Shown piece after piece: positions 9,130 through 20,341 of a stretch of 55,670 nucleotides of DNA (its first letter is position 1; each line of letters begins with the position of its first letter). Below the pieces are notes generated by a model. It was not told the DNA's origin. It saw nothing but the letters and a program-made list of their open reading frames with translations, and did no database searches. Source of the DNA: a virus (Duplodnaviria; Caudoviricetes); IMG/VR virus record IMGVR_UViG_3300027491_000004, positions 1 through 55,670 of that record; one strand, given 5' to 3'. The position numbers and the translations under genes were made by a program.

Positions 9130-9137
9130 GATAAATA
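9130..9137 (+). promoter_or_regulatory. Late promoter-like GATAAATA
   Basis: One mismatch from TATAAATA, intergenic, 9 nt before the gp25 ATG. Confidence 0.55.
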
Positions 9138-9146
9138 GACAAACCC

Positions 9147-9599
9147 ATGAGTTCTGCACTCTCAGACTACAACGTAAACGAGCTTTACGTCAGCCGTCGA
9201 TCATCGATTGTATCGAAGAAACGGTTGTATTCTGATCTGGACCTTTCGCTTGCTCTTAATCCTACTTTTCGAGATATTGTTCCGCTTGTTGATATTGACG
9301 CCGTTAAGAACTCAATTAAGAATCTTATTTTAAGCAATTTCTATGATAGACCCTTTCAGCCTGCGCTGGGGTCAAATGTGTCAGCATTGTTATTCGAGCC
9401 GGCTGATAACTTTACTATGTCAGCAATGCGCGAAGAGATCAAGCGTGTAATCAAAAAGTTTGAACCGCGCGCCGATAGTGTAGTTGTAGAGATCATTGAT
9501 AATTCTGATAGAAATGCATACAATATCAATATCGGCTTTCGCGTCATCGCAATCGATCAAAGAGTGGACATAACTCTTTACCTTAAGAGAATCCGCTAA
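9147..9599 (+). CDS. gp25: Baseplate wedge subunit
   Basis: YSDLDL, AVKNSIKNLI, RPFQP.LGS...LLFEP and I..FEPR motifs. Confidence 0.93.
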   Translation: MSSALSDYNVNELYVSRRSSIVSKKRLYSDLDLSLALNPTFRDIVPLVDIDAVKNSIKNLILSNFYDRPFQPALGSNVSALLFEPADNFTMSAMREEIKRVIKKFEPRADSVVVEIIDNSDRNAYNINIGFRVIAIDQRVDITLYLKRIR

Positions 9600-9611
9600 T
9601 ACTTTCTACCT

Positions 9612-11504
9612 ATGGCACAGATCAATGTTTCAGAACTAGACTTCGCGACACTTAAAGAGTCGATCAAGTCACACTTCAAGAATCAAAGCAAGTACAATGA
9701 CTGGGACTTCGACGGATCTGGCCTGTCAATTTTACTTGACGTTTTAGCGTACAATACGCACTACAATGCCGTCACAGCACACCTAGCGCTAAACGAAGCA
9801 TTCTTGGATTCTGCACAATTGCGCGGCAACGTTGTTTCTCACGCTAAGCTTCTAGGATATGTTCCGCGTTCAACAATTGCATCTACTGCAGTAGTGGATG
9901 TGGTAGTAACGGCGCCAACATCGAATCCACCACCATTCTTGTCTTTGGATAGAGGACATAAATTTAGTACTACAGTTGACTCTTCGAAGTATACATTTGT
10001 AGTACTAGAACCAAAACCAGCTGTTCCGCTAAACATAGCAACGAATACTTACACATTTACTAGCGTAGTTCTTAAACAGGGCACGTTAAAGAAAATGATT
10101 TATCGTGTGGATGAATTGATCGAGAATCAGAAATATGAAATTCCTGATACTACTGTAGATTCTACTACAATGAGAGTTCGTGTCAACGATGGCGAGGAAT
10201 TTTCCATCTATACTCAGTTCAGTACTCTGATCGGCTTAAATAATTCATCAAAGGTTTATTTCTTGCAGGAAAATGCTGATGGCAAATACGAGGTTTATTT
10301 TGGCGACAATAATCTAGGCATCAAGCCTGGATCAAATAATATTGTCGAGATCGAGTATGTTTATACAAATGGCAGAATTGCAAATGGCGCTGCCAATTTT
10401 CAATCCGCACAAGCATTTACATACATAATACCAGGATCAACAACAGGCGCGACAGCAACTATTCCAGTAAATAGTGCGGTAATAACTACGATAACAAATT
10501 CGTACGGCGGTGCAGAAAAGGAAAGCACCGAATCGATTCGTTACAATTCTCCGCTGGCATTTATCACACAAAATCGTGCAGTAACTTCCGAAGATTACCG
10601 CGCGATCATTCTCCGCGAGTTTGGAGGAATCGATGCTATTTCTGTTTGGGGCGGCGAAACAGATCCTGAGCCAAATTATGGTAAAGTCTACATCGCAATT
10701 AAGCCTTCTGGTAAAGATTTCTTAAATGAAGCCGAAAAACTTCAGATCACCGATAGCATTTTAAAAGGTAAAAACGTCGTATCAATTGAGCCGGTCATAA
10801 TTGATCCAGAATTTACTTATTTGGAGGTCGAAGCCTTTATCAAATACAATTCTAATTTAACTGACAAGACTACACCTGCACTTGAATCATATGTCCGTGA
10901 CATCATTCGTAAGTACAATGACCAGAACTTACAAAAATTTGACGGCGTATTTCGTTTCTCTCAGTTCCTAGGATCAATCGATAACTCTGAGCCATCGATT
11001 CTTAATTCGGTTGCTCGTCCGTATATGTTCAAGTGGATTACACCAAAACCAAATGGTTTGACGAATTCATTTACACTCGATTTTCCAGTACCGACATATA
11101 CCACACAATCGACAACAGCTGTTCTTTCTTCATCCGGGTTTATGATGGGAGGTTTAGAACACTTTTTTGGCGACGAACCAATTGCTGGTACAACTGATAG
11201 AAATGTTTACATTTATAGAGTAGTAGAAGGTAATCGAAAGAAGATTGCAAATGCTGGTAGAATATATTCTAGCGCTGGAAGAGTAGTGCTAAATCGTTTT
11301 ACAGTAGATTACACAACAGTAAACGTAAATCCACCAGACATTCGCATTATTGCTTTACCAAACTCGTTTGACATTGCTCCAAAAAGAAATCAGTTGCTCG
11401 AAATAGATCAGACATATGTTACTGTAAAAGCCGAAATTGATGCAATTGCTGTTTCAGGCGCAGCAGGAACAAGTTCATATACCACGACACCTCGACATCG
11501 CTAA
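9612..11504 (+). CDS. gp6: Baseplate wedge subunit
   Basis: [56 protein letters not shown] and VWGGE...YGKVYI motifs. Confidence 0.95.
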   Translation: MAQINVSELDFATLKESIKSHFKNQSKYNDWDFDGSGLSILLDVLAYNTHYNAVTAHLALNEAFLDSAQLRGNVVSHAKLLGYVPRSTIASTAVVDVVVTAPTSNPPPFLSLDRGHKFSTTVDSSKYTFVVLEPKPAVPLNIATNTYTFTSVVLKQGTLKKMIYRVDELIENQKYEIPDTTVDSTTMRVRVNDGEEFSIYTQFSTLIGLNNSSKVYFLQENADGKYEVYFGDNNLGIKPGSNNIVEIEYVYTNGRIANGAANFQSAQAFTYIIPGSTTGATATIPVNSAVITTITNSYGGAEKESTESIRYNSPLAFITQNRAVTSEDYRAIILREFGGIDAISVWGGETDPEPNYGKVYIAIKPSGKDFLNEAEKLQITDSILKGKNVVSIEPVIIDPEFTYLEVEAFIKYNSNLTDKTTPALESYVRDIIRKYNDQNLQKFDGVFRFSQFLGSIDNSEPSILNSVARPYMFKWITPKPNGLTNSFTLDFPVPTYTTQSTTAVLSSSGFMMGGLEHFFGDEPIAGTTDRNVYIYRVVEGNRKKIANAGRIYSSAGRVVLNRFTVDYTTVNVNPPDIRIIALPNSFDIAPKRNQLLEIDQTYVTVKAEIDAIAVSGAAGTSSYTTTPRHR

Positions 11505-11506
11505 TT

Positions 11507-13834
11507 ATGTCCTACGTTGAGTCGACAGTCAGCGTCAAGAAAAAAACAAAAGAAGCAGTAAGAGTTGAGTCTCTTATACCTGATGCGCTGCGCGAAAAAT
11601 CAGCAGTGCTAGTAGAATTTCTGAAAGATTACTATGACCTCGTAAATCGAGATGGTAAAACTTCGTTTTTTATTACTGTTCAGGCGGGTGCTGGCCAATA
11701 TAAAATTGGCGAAGAAGTAGAAATGAGTACTTCCGCAGGAGGTATCATTACTGCAACTGTTGCTAAGTTTGACAATAATATTCTATTAGTACACAATGCC
11801 GATGGTGAATTTGTTCGTGGAGAAGCTTTAGTTGGTACAGAATCAAATTGCACCAGAAATATTTCTACTGTTCAGAACATTTACGATAATCCAAGCTTTG
11901 AGATTAATCGCATTATGGAAGAACGAGATATTGATAGAGCCACAAACAGATATCTCGAGGTACTACAACGTGAAACAGCTATTAACGTTCCGGGTAAATT
12001 TACTACAGATACAGTTAATCTGTATAAAAATCTACTAAAGTATTACTCTCTAAGAGGCTCGGAAAACTCAATCGAGCTTTTCTTCAGAATCATATTCCAA
12101 CAAAGCGCTGAAGTATATTATCCATTTACCGATACTTTTAAGCCATCATCTGGTAATTGGACCTCTGTTAATAGCAAATTTACTGGATCTATTTCTGGCA
12201 CCACACTTACAGTATCATCTGTCGAATCTGGATCATTGGACGAAGATGTATTACTTACTGGAGCCGGAATTGCTCCTGGAACAATCATCAATGGTTTAGG
12301 AACTGGCATAGGATACACCGGAACGTATTCTGTTGGTGTAAGTCAGAACATTGGTAAAACACCGATGAATAGTTCTGGAGCATATTTTACAGGATCTATT
12401 TCTGGAGATACTTTAACTGTTACTGCAGTAGAATCTGGTACAATAGCAGTAGGAATGGTTTTATCCGGTCCAGGAATCACATCAACTGTAAAAATTTCTG
12501 GATTAGGAACAGGATCAGGTGGTACAGGAACATATACCTTACTGTGGACACCTAGTACTTTTACTGGGTCAATTTCTGGAACAACGCTAACAGTTACTTC
12601 AATGGGCGTTGGTTCTTCTGAAATTGAAATAGGCACTCAGATCATTGGTACCGGCGTTACTTCCGGCACTACTATCATAACACCCCCTGCAGTTGTTACA
12701 AGTGTTACTAATTATATTGCAAATGGAACAACTACTGTAACTGCAACAGTTGCTTCGACAAGTGGATATACTGCCGGAGATATTATTGAAATTTCTGGAG
12801 CTGTTGGCACAGAACAGTTGAAATTAAACGGATCTTGGACCATCGCATCTATTCCAAATAGTACTACCTTTACGTTCGTAGTTTTTAATTCAATTGCTTC
12901 AGCAACTTATACATCGGATTTAGGTAGCGCATCAATAACCAAAACTATAACTGGGTCTGGCGGAACTGGAACATATGTTGTCAACTTCAGCCAAACTGTA
13001 AGTTCAACTACTCTCACGCAAATTGTTAAATCTGGAACAACTTTCTCTGCGGCCGGGGCTGAATTTACTGGTAGTATATCTGGAGCAACATTAACTGTCA
13101 GTGGTATAAAATCTGGCGCAATCACTATTGGATCTAAAATTTACGGTGGTAGAGTTTTACCAGGAACAACGATCAAGCAATTTGGACCATCCACGACTGG
13201 GGGAGTAGGCACTTATGTAGTGGGCGTGGATCAAACCGTAGCTTCTACATCAATCAGCGGAGTTTCCTTGGTTGCTTCTCAATATTCTGATTCAAACGGG
13301 TTTACATCAAACATTAAGAAGCTGCACGATTCGTATTATTATCAAAGATATTCTTATGTAGTTAAGACTGGCTTGAACGTCGATGCATGGAAAGATCCAT
13401 TTAACCGTCTAGTTCATCCTGCAGGATTTATATTCTTTGGGCAGATCTTCCTGGTACTTGAGGCAATTCAGCAGCTATCCGAAAAGCTAAACAGTAGAAT
13501 GCCACTTAATCAGCCTGGATTGATTTCTGCTGCCGATCTTGTCAATCTGATCGAACTTGCTTATGCCGATTATATCACTATCAATCCTGACGGAGATCCT
13601 GTTCTAAACTATCAGAATATGAGGGCATTGGCAGATTACGCCATCAAACTCATACTTCAGTTCGAGGGCCAGAATCCTGGACTGCAATTTGCTACCCATA
13701 GAACACTAGAATCCACAAAGTTTATCAATGAAAATCCGATAGATCGTTTCATTCAATACACTATCCAGGACTCTATAAATAACGTCATTCCTTACTACAA
13801 TACCGGAGCGGTAATTCTACAACGTAATTTCTAA
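11507..13834 (+). CDS. Baseplate wedge protein (gp7-like) with inserted beta-rich repeats
   Basis: [40 protein letters not shown] and LVHPAGF..FG core motifs; lies between gp6 and gp8. Confidence 0.75.
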   Translation: MSYVESTVSVKKKTKEAVRVESLIPDALREKSAVLVEFLKDYYDLVNRDGKTSFFITVQAGAGQYKIGEEVEMSTSAGGIITATVAKFDNNILLVHNADGEFVRGEALVGTESNCTRNISTVQNIYDNPSFEINRIMEERDIDRATNRYLEVLQRETAINVPGKFTTDTVNLYKNLLKYYSLRGSENSIELFFRIIFQQSAEVYYPFTDTFKPSSGNWTSVNSKFTGSISGTTLTVSSVESGSLDEDVLLTGAGIAPGTIINGLGTGIGYTGTYSVGVSQNIGKTPMNSSGAYFTGSISGDTLTVTAVESGTIAVGMVLSGPGITSTVKISGLGTGSGGTGTYTLLWTPSTFTGSISGTTLTVTSMGVGSSEIEIGTQIIGTGVTSGTTIITPPAVVTSVTNYIANGTTTVTATVASTSGYTAGDIIEISGAVGTEQLKLNGSWTIASIPNSTTFTFVVFNSIASATYTSDLGSASITKTITGSGGTGTYVVNFSQTVSSTTLTQIVKSGTTFSAAGAEFTGSISGATLTVSGIKSGAITIGSKIYGGRVLPGTTIKQFGPSTTGGVGTYVVGVDQTVASTSISGVSLVASQYSDSNGFTSNIKKLHDSYYYQRYSYVVKTGLNVDAWKDPFNRLVHPAGFIFFGQIFLVLEAIQQLSEKLNSRMPLNQPGLISAADLVNLIELAYADYITINPDGDPVLNYQNMRALADYAIKLILQFEGQNPGLQFATHRTLESTKFINENPIDRFIQYTIQDSINNVIPYYNTGAVILQRNF
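12170..13280 (+). repeat. Four FTGSISG(T/D/A)TLTV...GTY repeats inside the gp7-like gene
   Basis: Copies begin near 12179, 12386, 12560 and 13063. Confidence 0.85.
13774..13781 (+). promoter_or_regulatory. Late promoter TATAAATA upstream of gp8
   Basis: Exact consensus within the 3' end of the gp7-like gene, about 60 nt before the gp8 ATG. Confidence 0.7.
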
Positions 13835-13840
13835 GTCACT

Positions 13841-15535
13841 ATGTCAGCCATTATCACATCAGACTTTCGCAATTTAAACGCGAAGAACTTCAAGAATAAC
13901 ATCACGTCCGACTCCGAGAACGTATATCTTTTCATCGGAAAGTCTGATAAGTGGTCAACGTCGCTTACGGGCACAACAGATGTTGCACCAAATAGTGGTA
14001 ATCCAGTCGACTCACTTCTTACTACTCAGGATGCTGATCGCAATATGATTGCTCTTAAGAGCATTACTGGAGTCGATGTCATCAATCTAATCCCTCGTTA
14101 TAATTGGGTTTCTGGAGATACGTATTCTGCATGGGATGATAATAATCCGGACATTTTTGATCGCGGAAACGATGTACCATTTTATGTACTAACAGATTCG
14201 TTCACTGTATATAAGTGCCTCTATGCACCTCGTTCTTCTACAGGCACTCTTTTGCCTTCAACCGTAAAGCCAACACATAATCCTACTACACCAGGAGGAG
14301 TTCTTACTGGAGACCCCGTTGAATACTCAGATGGTTATATCTGGAAGTACATGTATAAGGTCAGTGCCACAGAAGCTGCAAAGTTTTTAACGAATAACTA
14401 TATTCCTATTAAGACAGTTATCGGTGGAAGCACAATTGTCTTAACCGGCAGTGGTACAGTTCCATCCGTAGGTGATACGATTGTGGGCGCAACATCTGGA
14501 GCAACCGCCAAAGTATTTTCTGTTAACACGAATACGTTAGTGGTCTATAACGTCAGAGGCACATTTAACGCGGCAGAAGCAATCGTTGGCGCCGGCGGCA
14601 AAACAATCTCAAGTATTACTCTTAATAACGCTACAACTGTTGGTGAATTTGGAACTATTGATACAGATGATACTGCTCGGTTAGAATTCCAAAATGCTGC
14701 GACCTCAACTATCAAAGGTAAGATTTACAGCATTGCGATTGATCCCGATGATCCAACTGCCACGACACTTAACTTTGGCGGTAGCGGATACACTTCCGCT
14801 CCGACAGTAACTATTTTAGGAGATGGTTCTGGCGCCACAGCAACGGCCACTGTTTCTGGTGGTAAGGTAGTAAGATTTGTAATTACTAACCCCGGATCAA
14901 ATTATAACGTTGCATTCGTTGAGCTTAGTGGAGGAGGCGGCGCGGGCTGCGTGGCGCGTGCTGTTCTTTCGCCAAAGAATGGCCATGGATCTGACCCCTC
15001 CGCTGAACTTGGCGGCTATTATGTCGGCGTTGCTGCTACACTCACCGGCCAAGAAGGCGCCGGTGATTTTGCTGTTGATACACAATTCCGTCAGGTTGGA
15101 TTGATTAGAAAGCCAAAGGAACTTTCCGGTGGAAATTCAATTCCTGCTATAGCAAGTACTCTATCTGCAGTAACATACCTAACGCTTAACAGTGGTTCCA
15201 CAGGAACATTTAGCGTTGGAGATTATATTACGAATGGCGCAAATCCACCGGCAAGGGCATTCATCGATTCTGTGCAATCTTTATCTGGCGGTGTGAAGAA
15301 GCTAGGAATTCATCAAAACGATAAAACCGGATACGTTGCGTTCGCCACTACCAATACAATCGAAGCATATACTGGTGCAGCGTCTACATCATCTGCAAGT
15401 GGGGTAATAAACACGATCACTCCTTCGGAGTATGTTCACTTTTCTGGAGATATCATATTCCTTGAAAATCGTACATCCCCAATTCAACGTACAGAATCTC
15501 AGATTGAAGACATTCGTATCATCGTTGAGTTCTAA
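13841..15535 (+). CDS. gp8: Baseplate wedge subunit
   Basis: MSAIITSDFR, YLFIGK, IPRYNW, VYKCL, DGYIWKYMY, GHGSD...ELG, FRQVGLI and QIEDIRIIVEF motifs. Confidence 0.92.
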   Translation: MSAIITSDFRNLNAKNFKNNITSDSENVYLFIGKSDKWSTSLTGTTDVAPNSGNPVDSLLTTQDADRNMIALKSITGVDVINLIPRYNWVSGDTYSAWDDNNPDIFDRGNDVPFYVLTDSFTVYKCLYAPRSSTGTLLPSTVKPTHNPTTPGGVLTGDPVEYSDGYIWKYMYKVSATEAAKFLTNNYIPIKTVIGGSTIVLTGSGTVPSVGDTIVGATSGATAKVFSVNTNTLVVYNVRGTFNAAEAIVGAGGKTISSITLNNATTVGEFGTIDTDDTARLEFQNAATSTIKGKIYSIAIDPDDPTATTLNFGGSGYTSAPTVTILGDGSGATATATVSGGKVVRFVITNPGSNYNVAFVELSGGGGAGCVARAVLSPKNGHGSDPSAELGGYYVGVAATLTGQEGAGDFAVDTQFRQVGLIRKPKELSGGNSIPAIASTLSAVTYLTLNSGSTGTFSVGDYITNGANPPARAFIDSVQSLSGGVKKLGIHQNDKTGYVAFATTNTIEAYTGAASTSSASGVINTITPSEYVHFSGDIIFLENRTSPIQRTESQIEDIRIIVEF

Positions 15536-15555
15536 GATATCTTATACTTTCTAAC

Positions 15556-18500
15556 ATGGCGATCACTTATTTTAACGAATCACCCTACTGGGACGACTTT
15601 AATAAAGATAAGAACTATCTGAGAGTTCTTTTCCGTCCTGGTTATTCAGTCCAGGCTCGTGAACTTACGCAGCTGCAAACCTCGATTCAGGCTCAGATCG
15701 AGCGTTTCGGTAATCACTTCTTTAAGGATGGAACGAAGGTCATGGGAGGTTTGGCCACGATTAACAATAAGATTGCTTATGTTAAGGTGGAATCTTCAGC
15801 CCAAACTACCACATATCCTGCTCAAGGAGGTAATACGTATACTGGAAATGAAAGCCTATACCTTGAAAAGGATGGAAACGGCAATTATGTTTTGATTGGT
15901 GCTACTTTATTTGGCGCAACAAATGGCTTGCACGCTAAGATTATCGATATTGTTCCACCAGAAGGTGCAGAACCGCTGACATTGTATGTCGAGTATCTTA
16001 ATTCTGGTGGAACAAATGCCACGAATGCAGGATTAGTAAAAGCATTTGCGGCCGAAGAATATATTTTGCTTCAAAAATATGACTCTGATAGCGGTGCGGT
16101 AACAGGACGGGTTGCATTCCGCGCAAAGCCACTGGAAAACGGAAACATCAATCCTACCGGATTTGGCACTCGCGTCTCGGTTGAAGAAGGCGTTTACTAT
16201 ATCAACGGATGCTTCGTGCATACTCCAGCTGCATCTATCATTGCATCTCGTTACCGCCAGAACCCATGGTGCAGAGTAGTATACCGCGTAGAGGAAAGAA
16301 AGGTCACTCCAGTTGATGATACTACGTTAAATGATAATGCGCTAGGAACTCCAAATACCGGTGCCCCAGGAGCACACCGCTATCAGATTTTGATGAATCT
16401 GGATGTGGAAAATTGGAATCCTGCTCAGTACGATGATACTCTAGACAACTTCATTCTCGTATTAACAGTTGAGGATGGAAAAGTAAAGAAACAGAATCGC
16501 ACGGAATACACTGAGATCATGAAGACCATGGCTCAGCGTACCTACGAGGAATCTGGCAATTATGTCGTAAATCCTTTTGGTATTGACATTCGTGAATACC
16601 TAAATACCTACACGAATGGTGGTTTATACACTGCGAATCAAATTCAGAATGCTGTTGCTGGCATTAATACGGCTAATCAAGCAGCAACTTATGCATCAAA
16701 TAAGCTCGCTGCTGGCCTTGAACCTTCTGTCGCATACATCAATGGATTTCGAGTAGAATTGCAATCTACCGCATATGCGATTCTAAAGAAATCACGTAAC
16801 TTTAAGAGTCTTACTAACGCAGTAATCGATGCTGGTTATGGTAATTACCTAACTGTTTATAACGTAACTGGTCTTCCAGATATTACCAATTTTAGTTATG
16901 TCAATCTGAAGAGTGCGATCACCGGTGGTGGTACTACTATTGGCACTGCGCGTGTCCGTTCGATGGAACGCATTTCTGGCAGCAATTTTAAGTTATACCT
17001 TTTTGATGTTACTCTGAATTCTGGTAATTCGATGGCACAGGTAAGAAGTGTCACGAGTGCTACTGTAACATTTACCGCAGACACGTATATTATTGACGGA
17101 ACTGGATCGCAGGTTGCTGGTGCAGAAATTCAAGATGCATCATCTGTTTCGCTACTTTATAAGTTGCCGTATGACGTTATTAAGTCAACAGCAGATTTGA
17201 CATATACTGTTCGGCAGTCATTCGCTGGTACTATTGTTGATGGCACCCCAAATGACACAATTGTTTTAAATCCTCAGGTTAATTATCAATATTTTATTTC
17301 AGAATCTGCTTCGGACTATATTGTGGCAAAAGTCGATGGAACTATTATTACGCCATCATCTGTTGATATCGAAAGCGTCAGCGGACAAAACTATAATAAA
17401 GTAACGCTTTATTTTGCTGCTGGCACAGTTGCATCAAATACATCTGTAACAGTAATTGCATCAACGCAACGCTCGCTTTCGCCTAAGACAAAGACTTTAC
17501 AGGCACAGACATTGGCAATCGCAAGCCCAAATACTGTTGCTAGCGCTAGCACATATGACAGCTTAAATACTGTCGATGTTGTTCGTATCAAAGCAGTTCA
17601 TATGTCTGCCGATTTTAGCACAGCTGCTACAGAATCAGATCCTGATATTTCTGATCGCTACGTTCTTGATACTGGCCAGCGCGATACTTACTATGATTAC
17701 AGTACGCTGCAGCTTAAGGCTGGTGTAAATCCTCCAACCGGAAGACTGCTAGTCAAATTTGACAAGTATAACCATAGCGCAGATGGCGATTACTTTGCAG
17801 TTTCTTCATATACGAACTATGAAGATATTCCAACATTTACTTCATCGCGTGGCACAGTCGCATTAAGAGATTGCTTAGACTTCCGTCCTGCAGTGACGGC
17901 ATTTTCATCTACGAAAATGTCTGCTCCTCGTCCAAATATTACTACCGACATGGAGTATTATCTGGGACGAGTTGACAAGATATGCCTCGATCAATACGGT
18001 AACGTCAAGATTAAGGAAGGCGTGCCGTCTCTAAATCCAGTTGCTCCTCCTGATATTCAGGATGCGCTGACGATGTATATCCTGACGATTGCGCCTTATA
18101 CTTTTGGAACGCAAGATGTAAAGGCGAAGAGTCTGGATCATCGCCGCTATACGATGCGTGACATCGGTCGTATTGAAAAGCGTGTGCAGAAGCTTGAATA
18201 TTATACTGCGCTTTCACTACTAGAAAAAGAAACAGCAAGCAAGCAAATCTTGGATGCTGATGGAGTAGATCGCTATAAGAACGGATTCGTCGTCGATAGC
18301 TTTACTTCGCATGGAATTGGCGCAGTGGCGCACCCAGATTATAGCGTAGCTGTCGATAAAGTCAATGGACTGATTCGGCCTTTATTCTACGAAGAAAATG
18401 TTAACCTTCGTCTGAATACTGCTCTTTCGCAGAATTATCGCCAGACAGGACCGCTTGTTACTCTAAACTATTATTCTGCTCCGGTTATCACTCAGCCATT

Positions 18501-20319
18501 TGCTTCATACGAGCAGGACGTAAATCCATTTGCAGTAAATACTTGGACCGGCAAAATTAAGTTGTATCCTGGTACAGACGAATGGAATGAAAACCATATC
18601 GCGCCAGATGTCAAGATCGATGCTGCCAATGGCGCATATGATTCACTTAAATTCTTCAGCACACCAGAACTTGCAACTGGCACGCTATGGAATTATTGGG
18701 AAACCAATTGGTACGGCACCGATCGCAATAACGGAACAGACACTGAAAATATGTCTCCCGGACCAGTCGGCCCTGGAGGAATCGATCCGACATACAGAAA
18801 TACAACGGCGCAACTGACTTCTGGTACCAGCGTGGGTCTTGCTCCAGGAACAACCGAATCGTACAATGCGGATCGAGCAGTCGAGATCAACGTTGTTCCA
18901 TACATTCGTTCGCGCAAGATTTACTTCAAGGCTACGAACCTGCGCCCAAATACTAAGTTTTATGCATTCTTTGATGGAGCAAATGTTGGTAAGTATGTTC
19001 GTCAGGAGCACGTATTTCCAGCATATTTGCTAGCATATACTGGTACAAGTGATGCGATTGACCCATCGTATATCAATCGTAACGATCCAACATTCTTCCA
19101 GGATTACATTAATTATACTCAGCACCCTATGGGATATACTGAGTTATTCTCGAATGAATACGGAGAAATCGCTGGTTCATTTGTTATTCCAAACAACAGC
19201 CAGATGAAGTTCCGTGCTGGTCGTCGAGTGTTTACTCTGGTAGATATTGGAAATGCTGATAAGCGCTTAGCATCATCTTATGCCGATGTTGCATATGATG
19301 CCCGCGGCCAATTCACGCCAACACTTCGACCAGTTGAGCCTGCATATGAAGATCCACCAGTTGATATTCGTCAGGATGAACAGCCAATCGTAGCGCCGCC
19401 TCCAGCACCGCCACAGCCTGTAGGAAAACTCGTAGAGATGGATACTGATGCAGAATCGGTAACACCAATTGTTCCACCACCAACACCGGTGGAAATCATC
19501 GATGTTATTCCGACAACGTTAGTAACTCCGCCAACTGTGCCAGCGAACGAAGTAATACTTTGCCCTCCATCAAAGTATAATATTGTAGTTCAAACCAATA
19601 CGGAAACTACAATTACTCCGCCAGTTACACCACCATCCACACCAGAAGCTCCATGGCAGCCACCAGCGGTTACAGTCAGTGTTCCGCCAGAAGAAGCAAG
19701 GAAGGGTTGGTATCCAATTGAGGCATATCCTCCATATACTAATAGATCTCCATATCTAGTATGGGATTATCCTCCACAGCCTCGCCCAGTCGAAGAATTG
19801 CACGAAGAGGCAGGAAAACAAGGATGGTATCCATCAGAAGCTTATGGTCAAGCACCTGGTGGTCTAGTATATGGATATCCACCTTCGCCAAATCAATTCT
19901 TTACTGGCATCGATACAACGAACAATACTCCAACGAACGTCGATAATCCAAATCTAACTACTACAACAGACGTCACAGAAGAATGCGATACCGCTATTGA
20001 AATTGTCGGTGATGCAATTTCTGATCCGAATGCAGAAAATCCAATCATCGGATGTATTTCACCGGAAGAATTCATAATTCCAGAGATTAATCCTGAACAG
20101 ATTAATTACGAATGCTGGCCAGGACCAACTATTGATGAAACTACTACAGATATTTTCTACGAAGAAACTGATGTTGAACAAGTAACTACAGAAACACCTG
20201 AGGCCGACTACTTCATGGAGTATGACGGAGAAACTATCTACAGCGATAATGACGCACAGGTTGAATTTACAGACTTCCAGGCCGAATATGATGAGGCAGT
20301 AGATATCGGTAATGAATAG
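15556..20319 (+). CDS. VrlC-like (DUF4815-type) virion structural protein, N-terminal part with a Pro-rich and acidic tail
   Basis: PYWDDF...YLRVLFRPGYSVQARELTQLQT, APGAHRY, RTYEESGNY, RRYTMRDIGRIEKR..KLEYYTALSLLE, RYKNGFVVDSF and PYIRSR motifs. Confidence 0.85.
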   Translation: MAITYFNESPYWDDFNKDKNYLRVLFRPGYSVQARELTQLQTSIQAQIERFGNHFFKDGTKVMGGLATINNKIAYVKVESSAQTTTYPAQGGNTYTGNESLYLEKDGNGNYVLIGATLFGATNGLHAKIIDIVPPEGAEPLTLYVEYLNSGGTNATNAGLVKAFAAEEYILLQKYDSDSGAVTGRVAFRAKPLENGNINPTGFGTRVSVEEGVYYINGCFVHTPAASIIASRYRQNPWCRVVYRVEERKVTPVDDTTLNDNALGTPNTGAPGAHRYQILMNLDVENWNPAQYDDTLDNFILVLTVEDGKVKKQNRTEYTEIMKTMAQRTYEESGNYVVNPFGIDIREYLNTYTNGGLYTANQIQNAVAGINTANQAATYASNKLAAGLEPSVAYINGFRVELQSTAYAILKKSRNFKSLTNAVIDAGYGNYLTVYNVTGLPDITNFSYVNLKSAITGGGTTIGTARVRSMERISGSNFKLYLFDVTLNSGNSMAQVRSVTSATVTFTADTYIIDGTGSQVAGAEIQDASSVSLLYKLPYDVIKSTADLTYTVRQSFAGTIVDGTPNDTIVLNPQVNYQYFISESASDYIVAKVDGTIITPSSVDIESVSGQNYNKVTLYFAAGTVASNTSVTVIASTQRSLSPKTKTLQAQTLAIASPNTVASASTYDSLNTVDVVRIKAVHMSADFSTAATESDPDISDRYVLDTGQRDTYYDYSTLQLKAGVNPPTGRLLVKFDKYNHSADGDYFAVSSYTNYEDIPTFTSSRGTVALRDCLDFRPAVTAFSSTKMSAPRPNITTDMEYYLGRVDKICLDQYGNVKIKEGVPSLNPVAPPDIQDALTMYILTIAPYTFGTQDVKAKSLDHRRYTMRDIGRIEKRVQKLEYYTALSLLEKETASKQILDADGVDRYKNGFVVDSFTSHGIGAVAHPDYSVAVDKVNGLIRPLFYEENVNLRLNTALSQNYRQTGPLVTLNYYSAPVITQPFASYEQDVNPFAVNTWTGKIKLYPGTDEWNENHIAPDVKIDAANGAYDSLKFFSTPELATGTLWNYWETNWYGTDRNNGTDTENMSPGPVGPGGIDPTYRNTTAQLTSGTSVGLAPGTTESYNADRAVEINVVPYIRSRKIYFKATNLRPNTKFYAFFDGANVGKYVRQEHVFPAYLLAYTGTSDAIDPSYINRNDPTFFQDYINYTQHPMGYTELFSNEYGEIAGSFVIPNNSQMKFRAGRRVFTLVDIGNADKRLASSYADVAYDARGQFTPTLRPVEPAYEDPPVDIRQDEQPIVAPPPAPPQPVGKLVEMDTDAESVTPIVPPPTPVEIIDVIPTTLVTPPTVPANEVILCPPSKYNIVVQTNTETTITPPVTPPSTPEAPWQPPAVTVSVPPEEARKGWYPIEAYPPYTNRSPYLVWDYPPQPRPVEELHEEAGKQGWYPSEAYGQAPGGLVYGYPPSPNQFFTGIDTTNNTPTNVDNPNLTTTTDVTEECDTAIEIVGDAISDPNAENPIIGCISPEEFIIPEINPEQINYECWPGPTIDETTTDIFYEETDVEQVTTETPEADYFMEYDGETIYSDNDAQVEFTDFQAEYDEAVDIGNE

Positions 20320-20341
20320 TTAAACCTGAAAGAATTTACAC

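Noticed and set aside
9106-9131. TCAGGA...TCCTGA inverted repeat before gp25 as a terminator
   Set aside because: Only about 6 bp of stem, a long loop and no U-tract.
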